64,000 bases of DNA from assembly GCF_009914755.1 (NCBI RefSeq), contig NC_060934.1; one strand, written 5' to 3'. Source of the DNA: the human T2T-CHM13v2.0 reference genome, Homo sapiens. The notes under the pieces were generated by a model, which saw only the letters and a program-made list of their open reading frames with translations, made no database searches and was not told the DNA's origin. A program made the translations under genes and the position numbers. How positions within the stretch are numbered: the first letter of the stretch is position 1; each line of letters begins with the position of its first letter. This document shows, one piece after another, positions 26,936 to 39,304 of this stretch.

Positions 26936-27719
26936 CAGGTGCCTGGATGGAAACAAAGGGGAATGGAGGGAAGGAATGAATACCCTGGCTTTCCGTGTGG
27001 TATGGAGATAAGTTCTATTCTCAAGGCTGTGGGAATCACTGTTGAGAGCATGATCCCAGGAGGGTTGTTGCTGGTCTCCTGCCCTCTGTGTGTGCAGTGC
27101 CTGGTAGGCATATGTGCAGTGGGCCCTGGCCATCTGGATGCTCGGCCGGGTTTTCAAACCTCTGGTCCATACTTTTGCCTCCACATCTTTGCCCAGGTTG
27201 CTCCTTTGACCTGGAGTGTCCTCTCTTGTCTTCTCACAGCTTCACTCACATCTCCATGGAATCCTCACTGACCCATAGCCCACAGAGGCTGGCCCCACTC
27301 CAGTTCCTTGAAACTTGCTGTAGTTTTGCTAATGTGCTCTGGGTCCTCAGGTATTAGATCCCCTGGAGACCGGGGCTGTGCTTGGTGCTGCTCAGCACCC
27401 CTGCATCTAGGCTGAGGGAGGTGCCATCTGGGGTTATTGTGCTCAAGCCATTGGCCACAGCCGAGAATGCTGCTGCCCACTCTGCAGGAACACTGTCCAC
27501 AGTCAAGCTGAGCACAGCTCGGAAATGTGCAGACGTGCCCTAGCTGGCCTGGTCAGGCCATGGCAGGGCCAGAATTCAGATGCAGCCTCTGCCATCTGAG
27601 TCTGCGTTCCCTGCTGCCCTGCATGGCAGCTGACCCAGCCCACAGCAGATCACCCAGCTGTGCACCAACCTCTGCTCACCCTCTTCTGCTGGGGACCCAT
27701 GCAGCTGCTGCCTGGCAGA

Positions 27720-28885
27720 GAATGTATCCATGTCCATGTCCAATTGTGTGTCTGTGTCTCTGTGCACATGTATACAGTATAGTGTGTGTCATGTGCACGT
27801 GTATGTAGTATAGTGTGTGTGTGCATGGTGTGTGCATATGCATGCAATATGATATAGTGTGTTTTGTGTGCACATGTATGTGGTCTGGCATATGTGTGCA
27901 TCTATGTAGTGTGTACATGTATGTAGCGTGGTGTCATGCCCGTGTGTACATGCATGGCATGCTATGTCTGTGGGTTGTGCACACGTATGCAGTATGGTGT
28001 GTGGTGTGTTTCAAGCACACGTGTATGATGGTGTGCATGAATGTAATGTATGCATCTTGTACATGTATGCCATGTGTGCATGCATGTAGTATGGTGTGTG
28101 TCATGGTCATGTGTGTAATGTGTGTGCATGCACATAGTGTGTGTGTCATGAGCACGTGTGTTGCATGTGTACATGCATGTGGTGTGTGTATCGGGCACAT
28201 GTGCATAATGCATGTGCATGCACATAGTGTGTTGTGAGCATGTGTGTTGCATGATGTGTACATGCATGTGGTGTGTATATCATGGGCACATGTGTGTAAT
28301 GTGTGTGTCCATGCATGTGGTATGGTGTGTTGTGGCCACATGAGTGTTGCATGGTGTGCATACATGTGTGTGGTATGGTGTGTGTAGCATGCCTGTGTAT
28401 GAACTATGGTGTGTGCATGTTTGTGGTGTAATGTGTGCGTGCATGCATGTAGTGTGTTGTCATGGGCACGTGTGTAGCATGGTGTGTGTGTAGTGTGCAT
28501 GTGTGTGCAGTGTGGTGTGTGTGCAAGCATGTAGTGTGTTATGTCACGGACACGTGTAGCATGATGTATGTGTGTAGCGTGCATGTGTGTGCAGTGTGGT
28601 GTGCATGTATGTGGTGTGTGCATGCATGTGGTATGTGTCATGGGCACACGTGTGTAGCATGGTGTGTGTAGCGTGCATGTGTGTGCAGTTTGGTGTGTGT
28701 GCAGTGTGTAGCGTGCATGTGTGTGGTGTGTGTGCATGCATGTAGTCTATGTGTCACGGGCAAACGAGTATATCCTGTGTGTAGCATGCATGTGTGTGCA
28801 GTGTGGCGTGTGTATGTATGTGGTGTGTGTGCATGCATGTAGCGTGTTGCATGTCACAGGCACACATGTGTAGCATGGTGCGTGT
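27720..28885. repeat. TG/CATG-rich degenerate simple repeat
   Basis: Direct inspection. Confidence 0.92.
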
Positions 28886-28944
28886 CTGCAGCACTGGATT
28901 GATCCTCAGTCTTTGGGTGAGGACAAGGCTTTCAGTGGATAGTG

Positions 28945-29780
28945 CTTTTTATTTTTTAATGTTCATGACGAAACATTTTAAACATACAGAAAAGAGAGTA
29001 AGAACAGCATATGCGAAGCTACATTAGCGAAACTACAGCAAGTTTCAAGGAATAGGCTTTCCACCCAGCCTCGGATTTACCCGAAAAGATCAGGCCCCTC
29101 TTAACACGTAACCACAGAGCCTCGGCCACGCTCGGAAACGTTCAAGCCACTCCCAGCCTGGGTGGGTATGGACTGAGGGTTCCGGTCCCCCCTCTGCTGC
29201 CCGAATCTTGCTCTTCCAGCCATCTCCCCATGCGATCTGAGTGAGATCCACACACCTGGCTGCCTCTGTGCCTCCTGAGTCTCTCATGACCCCACACCCC
29301 CGACTCTCTTTCTTCCTTGTGGTTTTTGTTGAAAACCTGGTGGTTTGTCCCTAAGGCCAGGCCCAGGACAGTCAGGGGTGCCGTAGGACTCAGGTTCCTA
29401 CCAGGGCCCACCGGGGACCTGTGGTGTCTGCTCCCTGACAGCCGTCAGCAGCCACCATGAATCCTGCGAGCCGCCACAGTAGTCCTCACCTTGGTTCGTG
29501 AGCAGGGCTCCCGCTCTCAGGAGAGCCGCCCTCATCGACGCTGGGCAGCCGCAGCAGACAGTCCCTGTGGACAGAGAGGTGGGAGGCTCGACTCCTTCTC
29601 TTCATCCACCTGTTTTCAAAGCAGTGAGTGCATCCAGCGTCCTCCAACGTGGACCAGTGAGCTTGGTTTTATGATCTTATGAATTTAAGATTCGCACGTC
29701 TTTGATGGGATTTTGTCTGTTCTGCTGATTCCACCTGAAGCTCAGAAGGCACCCCGGTCCTTGGGACGCAGCTCTGCTGG
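28945..29780 (-). mobile_element. Diverged L1M (L1MC/L1ME-like) 3' fragments, antisense
   Basis: aaacattttaaacatacagaaaag and cctgttttcaaagcagtgagtgcatccagcgtcctccaa phrases resemble reverse old-L1 3' ends. Confidence 0.5.
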
Positions 29781-31099
29781 GCTCTGACCCACTTCCTGGT
29801 GTGGCAGGATGCTCCAGCCCCTTCTATGGGGTTCCTGCCCCAAATCTGATCAACCATTTGTCTGCAGAGCCCTGGCCAGTGAGGCCCTGTCTGGGCCCAG
29901 GCGGTCCTGGGAGCCCCCAGGTGCGTGTTCACAGTGTCCTCCTGAGGCCCGGGCTGTGGTGGACCCACCACGCTGAGTGCTGCAGCCGCAATTCTTCTTT
30001 GAACCAGTCACCTCAAGTCCACTGGAATTGCTTCCCAGGGCCACGAAGAGCCTCCCAGGGCTGACCTGGACCCTGATCCAAGAATCTCCAGCAGAGCAGA
30101 GGAGGGGCTTCCTGAAGCGAGACTCGGGAGAGTGTAACCCGCTTCCTACCCCCTAGAGAGGTGGCCTTTTCAGTTTGGAGAAAAACTTCAACCAGTGTTG
30201 AACTGAAACCCATTTGGCTTGACCGCGTTTGCTCAGGAATCGCATCTCGTGGGGAAGTTTTCACGTCCACTTCACGTGCGTGGCCAGGCCCTGTCCCCAC
30301 TCGAGGCGAGAGCTACCGGGATGCCCATCGCAATCGCAGGCGCCGTGGGAGCTGCAGGCTTTGGACCACAGAGAGGCCCGGAGCAGGAAGCTGCAACGTC
30401 CACCTCCTCGACCCGGCTCCCCGTCGCCCTGTGGCCTAAGGTGTGATCATTTCATGCCTGATCGGCCTCCCTCCAGCCTGTTCCCTCCGCTGACGGCCAA
30501 GCCCAGCCAGGCAGGGCCACTCGGTGCTCCCAGGACAGCGTCCCAGGTTTTCTGGCCCACAGGCTTGGAGAGTGGGCCCCACCCTCCCTTCCTCTGCCAG
30601 ACGCCTGCCCGTGGTCCAGCCTCGTCCTGCTGCCCTGGGGCCTCCGAGGTCCTTGTTTCCTGAGAGGAGCCTTCCCTGGCAACATGACCCCCAGGGAACT
30701 CACTCAAACGGCTGCTCTTCGCCGGTGGCTCAAATACTGCAGCTTCTGATTCCAGCACAGTTTCTCACAGAAATCTGTTTCTCCATGTATCGCTGTCTCC
30801 TGACCCCCGCGGGCAGCACACAGTTGTGTTTCCCTCCTTCAGGGTGCACCATCCTTCAGGTCAGAAGCTTCCAGAAGGCAGAAATGCTGAGCTCCCTGCA
30901 TCGGTGCAAGGCAGGCCCCGTATGGCTCTGCACCTCGAGGGCCGACTGCGTCCTCTGGGCTCCAAGGGGCCCCTCGCCCGCGGCCATGCAGAGACCTGGA
31001 GATGTGAGGCTCCGCGGCTGCAAGGATAGCGTCTCAGGGGCAGGAGGAGCCCTTCCTTATGGTGCCAGCCGGAGGGTGCCCTCCAAGTTCACACCCCAG

Positions 31100-31670
31100 A
31101 GAGTGAGGCTTCAAACAGATTAGGTCTGGATATTTTAAAATTATAAAAATATTAGCAGAAACAAAGGAAAGCTGTCCCTGTAGCCTCGGGGTGGAGAACA
31201 TCCTCCTGCAAAGCTGCTGAAGATAAACAGGTCAGATTCCACACATGGGCACTTAGAGCTCTTGGATGTGAGAAGACACACGCACAACGTTAGAAGCTGG
31301 CAACACACACAGCAAGCGTGTGTGCGGCGCCCAGGCTGAGGCGAGCCCTGATGCGCAGGGGCGCTCGGCAGTCCTACCTCAGCGGAGAAAGCATAGTCCT
31401 TGCATGGGGATTTAGAGGAAAAATTAAAACTGCGAGTAGATACGAACAGATGCTTGGTCTCATTCATAATTACAAAAATGCAAATTAACTCGACGAGTGA
31501 GTTTACTCTAACAGATTGGCAAAGCCGCAGAGACTGGCTGCGGCTGGTGAGTAAACCGGACGGTCATTTATCAGGAGGGTTTGTCGCAGCTGTCAGAATT
31601 GTAAGTGGAGGTGACCTGGGACCCAGCATCCCCCTTCTTGGAATTGAGGCTTTGCACACCTGACATGGCT
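31100..31670 (+). mobile_element. Diverged L1M 3' fragments
   Basis: acagatgcttggtctcattcataattacaaaaatgcaaattaa...gacccagcatccccсttcttggaatt pattern of L1 3' ends. Confidence 0.55.
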
Positions 31671-31671
31671 G

Positions 31672-31803
31672 CACAGATGCCACATGGGGCACCCACTGAC
31701 GTCACACGCGGCACCTACAGACGCCACACGGGGCACCCACTGACGCCACATGGGGCACCCACTGACGCCACACGGGGCACCCACAGATGCCACATGGGGC
31801 ACC
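31672..31803. repeat. 22-bp minisatellite, 6 copies (CACTGACGCCACATGGGGCACC)
   Basis: Units start at 31672, 31694, 31716, 31738, 31760, 31782. Confidence 0.92.
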
Positions 31804-32436
31804 CAGGGAAGTGTCGGTCATGACAGCAGAACATGGGAAGCACCCACAGCAGCATCAGAGCGGAGGGGACGGACCCTGTGTGCCCAAACATGCATGTCAC
31901 AGGTCCCCCAGGGAGGCGGACCCTGGCCCAGGCACGAGAGGCTGGCAGGTCCCCCCCGGATGGCACAGGAGACCCCAGGAGTTGGCAGCAGAGCAGCTAT
32001 CGGGGCTCCTGGCCCAAGGTGCAAAGTCAGAGACAGTGGCTGGGGCCGGTGCCAGGCGAGCCGTGAGGGGACAGGGAGGTGCCAGGTCCCCTACCAGAGG
32101 TGCGTGCACAGCAGGGAGTCTGTGGGGATGGCCAGCGGCCGGGGGCCTGGCTGGTGTGCCAGGTGGGCTGCCCCAGGGCACCAGGCAGGGTGCAGGAGGG
32201 AGAGGGTAGAGGAGAAGCAGAAACCAGCCTGCGGGGGAGGCAGGGCCAGGCATGGGACAGAGAAGGTCAGCCGGGGTTCCTGACCGGGAAGGAGATTCAC
32301 GCCATGAAAAAGCCAGGATGCAGGCAGAGTGCAGCTGGGGAGAGAGAAGAGATGCGTGTCCAGCTGTCTGTGTGTGCTGGGTGTGCACGTATGTGTCTGC
32401 ATGTGTGCCCGTGTCCAGACCAGGAAGCCCCAGGAC

Positions 32437-32440
<4 letters not shown>

Positions 32441-32480
<40 letters not shown>
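32441..32480. repeat. (CA)20 pure microsatellite
   Basis: Direct inspection. Confidence 0.97.
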
Positions 32481-32482
<2 letters not shown>

Positions 32483-33434
32483 AGACTGTGGAAGTGGAAC
32501 CACCTGCGAGGCAGTTTATGCCCCAGAGAAGAAAGTGTGGGGTGCTGGGTGCGCCTGGTTTCTTCTCTGTGACACTTTCTGTCTTGTTCAAATAAGACAT
32601 CTCAGGAGAAAAAGGAGTTTGAGGCAGAATTGGATGAGCTTGGTGATAGTGGTTGGAGCCAGGCTCAGGTGGAGTCAGGGGCCCTGGGATCTGGCTGGGT
32701 CCCTGCAGCCTGACCCTGAGACAGACCCTGACAGAGAGGGGGAGTCGGCCAGGATGACCAGCTAGCCTGGGGCCGCGGGATGCAGGGCTTTCTGTGAAGA
32801 CTGGATGCTCCGCTGGTCACCTTGGACCTCACGACGGACTGGGGAGGTGGGTCTCAGGGTTCTGTGACGATATCTTGAGACCACCCAGGGAGAGGCCTGG
32901 GGCCAGGGCAGCCCAGGACACGGATGCGCATCCACTCAGCCAGCCCAGGACGCAGATGCATGTCCACTCAGCCAGCCCAGGATGCAGGTGCGTGTCCACT
33001 CAGCCAGCCTGGACTAGAGTGGACACTTGGGAGCACAGGTGCGGGGGCAGAGCAGGCCCTGGGTCAGGTCCTGGCTCCACACATGAGCTGTGTGACCTGC
33101 GATGTGGCCCCAGGCAGGTTCCTGAGCCGCTCTGCGTTCTGCTTCCTCTTGTGGGAAAGGTGAAGCCCCACAGGCAGCCGTCCTGGGAAGAAGTGTCCAG
33201 GCCTGAAGTGCGGCCGTGTCCAGGGTGGACCTCGTGCAGAGCCCACCCTCTCAGGCAAGGGAGGAAAACCCAGACTTTCAAACAAAAAGAAAAACCCATC
33301 TTTCCTTCTACTGAAATCCAGTTTTTGAGGTTTTGAAGTTTTTGACCTAAACACTGAAAGGCCAGAGGAGTCTGTGTCCCTCCAGAAAGCGCAGAGGGGC
33401 GGGGCCATGGCCAGCACAGATCTAGGCCCAACTG

Positions 33435-33822
33435 CGCGGGCGGCGAGGGCGCGGGCAGTGTGGGCGCAGGTGGTGTGGGCGTGGGTGGCATGGGCGCAGG
33501 CGGCAAGGGCATGGGTGGCGTGGGTGCGAGCAATGTGGGCACGGACGGTGTGGGCACAGGCGGTATGGGCACAGGCGGTGTGGGCACAGGCGGCGTGGGC
33601 ACAGGCGGCAAGGGCATGGGTGGCATGGGTGCGAGCAGCATGGGCGGCGTGGGTACAAGTGAGGAGGGTGTGGGCGGCGTGGGCACGGGCAGTGTGGACG
33701 TGGGTGGCGGCAGGGGCGGCAAAAGTGTGGGCGGTATGGGTGTGAGCAGCGTGGGCGCGGGCGGCGAGGGTGCCAGCGGCGTGGGCGCGGGCGGCAAGGG
33801 TGTGGGCAGCGTGGGCACGGGT
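33435..33822. repeat. G/CpG-rich short-period degenerate repeat (GGCG(G)TGTGGGCACA-like, ~15 bp)
   Basis: Direct inspection; ends ~125 nt before the exon 4 acceptor. Confidence 0.88.
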
Positions 33823-33948
33823 GCTGCTTCCCCTCAGGGGAATCTCACGATTCCTGAAACTTGAGCTCCTGGCCCGGAGAAGTGCTGGCCGCGGTCGGGG
33901 TGGCGCACACGCAGAGACTCTGGAGCTGACAGCCTGTCGTGCCCACAG

Positions 33949-34095
33949 GCGCACATCTACTCTCTGGGGGCCACGCTGAAGGCCGCCCTCGAGTACGTGG
34001 CAGAGCCCACACTGGAACCCAGGCTGAGCCAAGACCTCGAGGCGCTGCTGAGCCGGATGCAGGCGGAGGACCCCGGGGACCGGCCGGACCTTGAG
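33949..34095 (+). CDS. KNDC1: KNDC1 exon 4 (AHIYSLGATLKAALE...DRPDLE)
   Basis: cacag|GCG acceptor; GAG|gtaagc donor; 147 nt; kinase C-lobe-like IYSLG and RP motifs. Confidence 0.93.
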
Positions 34096-34476
34096 GTAAG
34101 CGAGGCTGCCCTGGGCCACCCCAGGCTGTGACCCTGACCCCACAGGCCTGGACACCGTGTGCTCACCACACCCACGCCCAGCAGCCTCACCTGGGTTCCG
34201 CAACCACAGTCTCATGGCATGGCATTTTGCTTAAAGGAGGACTTGGTTTTTTATTGTCCATTTTTGTTATGAAAGGTTTTGCTTGTGACAAGCCTCCTGG
34301 TTCTCTGCAACCCAGATGTGCTGCCTTTTCATACTAGAAAATGGGCAAGGCAGGCGCAGGCAGGCTCTGGGGACTGTCCCCAGGTCACCTTCAAAGGATC
34401 CGGCCGTGTCGGGTGGGTGGCTGCGGGAGATGGCCCCTCCTCCGAGCCTTCCTGTCTGAGGTGTTCCCGTCCCCAG

Positions 34477-34594
34477 AGCATCATCGCGCTGTGTGAAGAG
34501 AAGCTGCAGCTCACATCCTCCTGTCGCGTGTGCCGGAGCCTCTCTGCTGTGGGGAGGAGGGTCCTCTCCATCGAGTCCTTTGGAGCGCTGCAGG
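34477..34594 (+). CDS. KNDC1: KNDC1 exon 5 (SIIALCEEKLQ...FGALQ)
   Basis: cccag|AGC acceptor; G|gtgagt donor; 118 nt, phase 0-1. Confidence 0.92.
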
Positions 34595-34619
34595 GTGAGT
34601 TCTTGAACCCACACGCGTG

Positions 34620-35290
34620 CATCCTCTTGCATGCACATATACCTGTGTGCCATGTATGCACACGTGCACATGCTGCAAACACACCCATGCACACACACAC
34701 ACTGCACACACACCCATACTGCACACACACCCATGCACACACATGCCACACACACCCATGCACACACACTGCACACACACCTATGCACACACACACCTAT
34801 GCACATGCACACCCATGCTGCACACACCCATGCGCACACACTGCACACACACGTTACACACACCCATGCACACACGCTGCACACACACCCATGCACACAC
34901 ACTGCACAACCCATGCACACACACCTATGCACATGTGCTGCACACACACGCTGCAACACACCCATGCACACACACATGCTGCGCACACACATGCACACAC
35001 GCACACACCCACTCACACATTCACAGAGATCACAAAAACTCACGTATTCACACACTGACAGTCACACACGAGTGTTCAAATAGATCACATGTGCCTCGTA
35101 CACACATATTCACTCTTGCTCACAGTCACACACATGCAAATTCAGGCATGCCTGTTCACATTGCACACGCCCACACCAGAATGCACACATTACACACCCG
35201 CTCTCATGCCTACCACGTCCACTGCCTCACACATGGTCAGACACGCAAACATGCTGGTCCTATGCACACACCCATTTCCACACTCTCATG
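34620..35290. repeat. CA/CATG-rich degenerate simple repeat
   Basis: Direct inspection. Confidence 0.9.
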
Positions 35291-35757
35291 TGCATCATGT
35301 TGCCTGTGCCAGCCTTGCAGGCACCCACGCAGGCAGAGGTGACTCAGGCTCAGCTTCAGAAGTCTGTGGCATTGGTGCCAGTGTGGCATTGGTGCCGGTG
35401 TGGCATTGGTGCCAGGCATCTGGGTGTTAGTCTCATGGGCATTTCAATAAACGGATGGGTTGATGTTTCACAACTGAATTTCACCTGCCCCCACCAGGAG
35501 CGCCAGGTGGGTGCGTTACAGAGCTGCAGCTGCAGCATCTGGGGCGTTTGTGGCTCACGCATATTCTGGTGTCTCTCAGGCCGCCTTTGAACAGAGGCCA
35601 TGTCTGCATTGGCATCGCTACCTGCAGCACGGAGCCCCGTGGGGCCTCAGGATGGTAGCCAGGGCACGGCCACGAGGAGTCTCATGGTGGCCGGCAGGGC
35701 CCTCCCTGCTGAATGAGCACGTTTGCAGCTCAGGGTTTGTGCTGCTGCGGGAGGGGC

Positions 35758-36119
35758 GCAGTGTGGAGTAGGCAGTGTGTGCAGTGTGGAGTAGGCAGTG
35801 TGTGCAGTGTGGAATAGGCAGTGTGTGCAGTGTAGAGTAGGCAGTGTGTGCAGTGTGGAATAGGCAGTGTGTGCAGTGTAGAGTAGGCAGTGTGTACAGT
35901 GTGGAGTAGGCAGTGTGTGCAGTGTGGAGTAGGCAGTGTGTACAGTGTGGAGTAGGCAGTGTGTGCAGTGTGGAGTAGGCAGTGTGTGCAGTGTGGAATA
36001 GGCAGTGTGTGCAGTGTAGAGTAGGCACTGTGTGCAGTGTGGAGTAGGCAGTGTGTGCAGTGTGGAGTAGGCAGTGTGTGCAGTGTGGAGTTTGCAGTGT
36101 GTGCAGTGTGAAGTAGGCA
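35758..36119. repeat. 23-bp VNTR, ~15.5 copies (GCAGTGTGGAGTAGGCAGTGTGT)
   Basis: 23-nt period, high identity. Confidence 0.96.
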
Positions 36120-36424
36120 GAACAGAGCCACACACAGCAGAGAGAGATCAACGCCGTGTGTGGGAGGCGGCCGCTGACGGCCGTAGCCACATCATCCAGG
36201 TTCTTCCTGTGGGGACTCACCTGTGTAATCCTCGAGGAAAACGACGTGCCTTTGGATGAGATAATTAGGTCCAGGCTCCCATAGGAAGCCCCAGTGGGAA
36301 GCCCCGCCTGGCCTGGGGGAGAGGCAGCCCCAGCCTCTAATTAGCCAGGATGACCTGATGAGTGGGGCAGGAGAGGAAGGCGGGAGCCCCCTCCTGTGAG
36401 AGCCTGGGTTGGGGTCTGTGATCG

Positions 36425-36591
36425 TGGGAGGGGAGGAGAGGGGAGGGGAGGGGTGGGAGGAGAGGGGAGGGGTGGGAGGAGAGGGGAGGGGTGGGAGGAG
36501 AGGGGAGGGGCGGGAGGAGAGGGGAGGGGCGGGAGGGGAGGGGTGGGAGGAGAGGGGAGGGGTGGGAGGAGAGGGGAGGGGCGGGAGGGGC
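36425..36591. repeat. Polypurine GGGAGGAGAGGGGAGGGG(T/C) repeat
   Basis: ~19-nt period, almost pure G/A. Confidence 0.93.
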
Positions 36592-36624
36592 ACCCAGCCG
36601 TGACCACATCTTGCTTGTGCCCAG

Positions 36625-37325
36625 ATGTCAGCGAGAGCAGCTGGCGGGAGAGACCTGCCCCAGGAAACGCTGGGCCCAGGAGGCCGCCCGGGGACCCCAG
36701 CACTGACCCGGAGGTTCTGCCGACCCCCGAAGGCCCGGAGTCTGAGACCAGCCGGGGCCCCAGAGCCTCCCCAACCAAGGCTCTGCTGTCCACCCCGGTG
36801 AGAAATGGCGAGAGCCACAGCCGGGAGGGGCTGGCCGGCCTCGTCCTGGATGCCGAGCGCACCCTCGGGGAGCTGGACAGAGACGCCCTCAGGAGAAGCC
36901 GCCTGCGGAAGGTGCAGACGTTCCCTAGGCTGCTGTCCGACAGCCCCGAGGCCACCCTCTGCCTGCCGCTGACCCGCGGGAAAAGCCAGCTGCCCATATC
37001 GGAATTATTCTCTCCGGACCCCAGGAAGGCCTTTCTGGACAGGAAAAATGGCCTTTCTAGCTTCCAGGCTCAGCCCAAATGCAGGCTGTGGCCGGAGCAG
37101 GAGCCGGAACACCAGCTGGGACGGGTTCCCTGTGCAGGCCGCAGCACGGACAGGGGCCCTGGGGTGCCCGGCAGTCCAGGACAGCCCGAGACTTCACACC
37201 CCAGCCAGGGGCCAGCAGAGGCCCCTGCAGACCCTCGAGATGCTAGCGGTGAAGCCCAGACTCCCAGGGACGATGAGAGAATTCCAGAAGGAGCCAGGCA
37301 GCTGGGAAGTGCAGCCGCGGAGCAG
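36625..37325 (+). CDS. KNDC1: KNDC1 exon 6 (inter-KIND low-complexity linker)
   Basis: cccag|AT acceptor; CAG|gtgggt donor; 701 nt, phase 1-0, open throughout. Confidence 0.92.
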
Positions 37326-39189
37326 GTGGGTGCCTGGGTCTTGTGTGTGGGTGGAGGGGTCGGCGGTCAGTGAGTCCGGGGCCGGGCCTCTCCACAGATG
37401 CAAACGCTTTGTTTAACTCAGAGAATTAACCTTCACCCTCGCTCCATAATTAAAGACATTTTCATTGAGCTGCCCCGTTTCTGAAGGAAACTGTGGCTGC
37501 GGCTGGGGATGCTGTCACCCAGGCGTGGCCTCTCGGGTAGACGTTTGCCTCTGGATGACCCAGAAAGCAGCCGCCTCCTCAGCCCTGCCCGGCTCCTCAC
37601 ACAGCCCCGCACGGCCGTCCCGAGGGATTAATTTTCTTCCGGGAAGCAAGGCCAGCAGCCCCGGCTCCGTGATGTCATTTCAGGGGCTCCGTGTCCCCAG
37701 TCCTGATGCTCACAGCCCTCCTCATCTTCCTATTCTGACGGTTTAAAAGTTAGAAACCAAAGCTGTGGGTTGAGCTTGTTCATCTGTGGGGCTTGGTGGT
37801 GTCGGTGCTGGGCCACCTCCGCTGCCTCCACGGGGACGCTGGGATCTGGTGCGGCTGCCCGGACGTGGCCTCCACACAGGATGGGGCCTCCCCAGCCCAG
37901 TGCTGCCCCTGGTCAGCTGCTCCTCACGAGGGATGGAGGATGCTGTTGGAGCCAGTGTTCTGGGGGGCCTGGTCCGTCGGCCCCTCTGTCCAGCCGAAGA
38001 CGCTTGGGCCAAGGCCTGGCCAAGTGCATTTTGCCCTCCTTGGCTCCTCAGTGAGCCACCCCCAGCTGTGTCCCCGTGAGCTCCTCCGGGCAAGGTCACC
38101 TGAAGTCAGTGGCCTGCATGCAAGTCCATCTGCCAGGCAGCGCCTGGCCCGGGGACGGGGGTGCCCTCAAGCCACCAGGCCTCGTTGATCTGAAGGACAA
38201 GGGCGCAGTGCCCCGTCGCCCTCCACCACTCTCCCTGGCGGCACGCCTTCCCACGCACAACAGCCTACCTTCCCGAAGGGCACACGGAGGCACAGGGTGG
38301 CCGAGCCACCTGTTGGAGGGTGGACTTTGGTCCCAGCTGTCCGTGAGGCCTTGGAGTGGAGAGCGGCCTCCCAGGCTGAACGCATGCCTGGTGTCACGGT
38401 GTGTGTGTATGTGAGAAAATGCACCGAACAAAAGCCACCACTTCAACCCTCTGCAAGAGCACAGCTCAGCGGCATTGGGTGTGTTCACGCTGTTGCACAG
38501 CTGTCCCCATCAGCCCACACGAAACCCCAACCCCCGAGCCCGCCCCCTGCACCCCGTCCCACCCTCCACCTCCATGAGCCCGCCCCCTGCACCCCGTCCC
38601 GCCCTCCACCTCCATGAGCTCTGTCCAGGGGCCTCGTGGGAGTGGGATGGACAGAGCTGTGTGTCTGGTCTCTTCACTGAGCCCACTGTCCTCACGGTTC
38701 CTCCCCAGGGAGCCTGCGTGAGAACCCCCCATCCCTGTCCCAAGGCCAAGCGCCATCCACACTGCCCCTGCGTCCGTCCGTGGATGCCTGGGTGCTCCCC
38801 GTGTTGGCTATTTCGAGCCGTGCTGCTGGGAACATGGGTGTGCACGTATGCGTGAGCCCTGCCCTCGGTTCCTCGGGGAATGTGGCCGTGTGGAACTGCT
38901 GTCACCTGGGAGGTGTATGTTGAGCTTTTCAAGGAACGGCAGCACTGTCGTCTGCAGTGGCTGCACCGTGGGACGTTCCCACCCACAGGGCCAAGGGCCC
39001 CAGTCTCCCCACGGCCCCCACACGCTGGAGTTGACTTAGGGACCTCCCTAGCCCTTCTATCAGGTGTGGGGGGCGCCTACTCAGGGGCTGAGTGGGCCTC
39101 ACCCTGGCCTGTCCCCCGGACATGCCTCTCCAGGCGGCGGGCCCTGGCAAGGGGTGTCCACACTGACCTCGCCGCTCTCCTGCCCACAG

Positions 39190-39304
39190 TGGGTGTCCCT
39201 GCAGGACCTCCTGTCCCAGCTGGGCCGGCCCTTCCGGGAGTACGAGCTGTGGGCCCTGTGCCTGGCCTGCCTCCGCGCACTGCAGACACGCCCTGAGCAC
39301 CCAG
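39190..39304 (+). CDS. KNDC1: KNDC1 exon 7 (KIND2 start, WVSLQDLLSQLGRPFREYELWALC...)
   Basis: cacag|TGG acceptor; CAG|gtgacg donor; 115 nt; homologous to exon 2. Confidence 0.94.

Noticed and set aside
25208-27184. Long His/Pro-rich ORFs on the minus strand
   Set aside because: Translations of the (ATCC)n simple repeat.
33000-34215. Pro-rich and Ala/His-rich antisense ORFs of 272-383 aa
   Set aside because: Generated by the G-rich degenerate repeat at 33435-33822; no splice or domain support.
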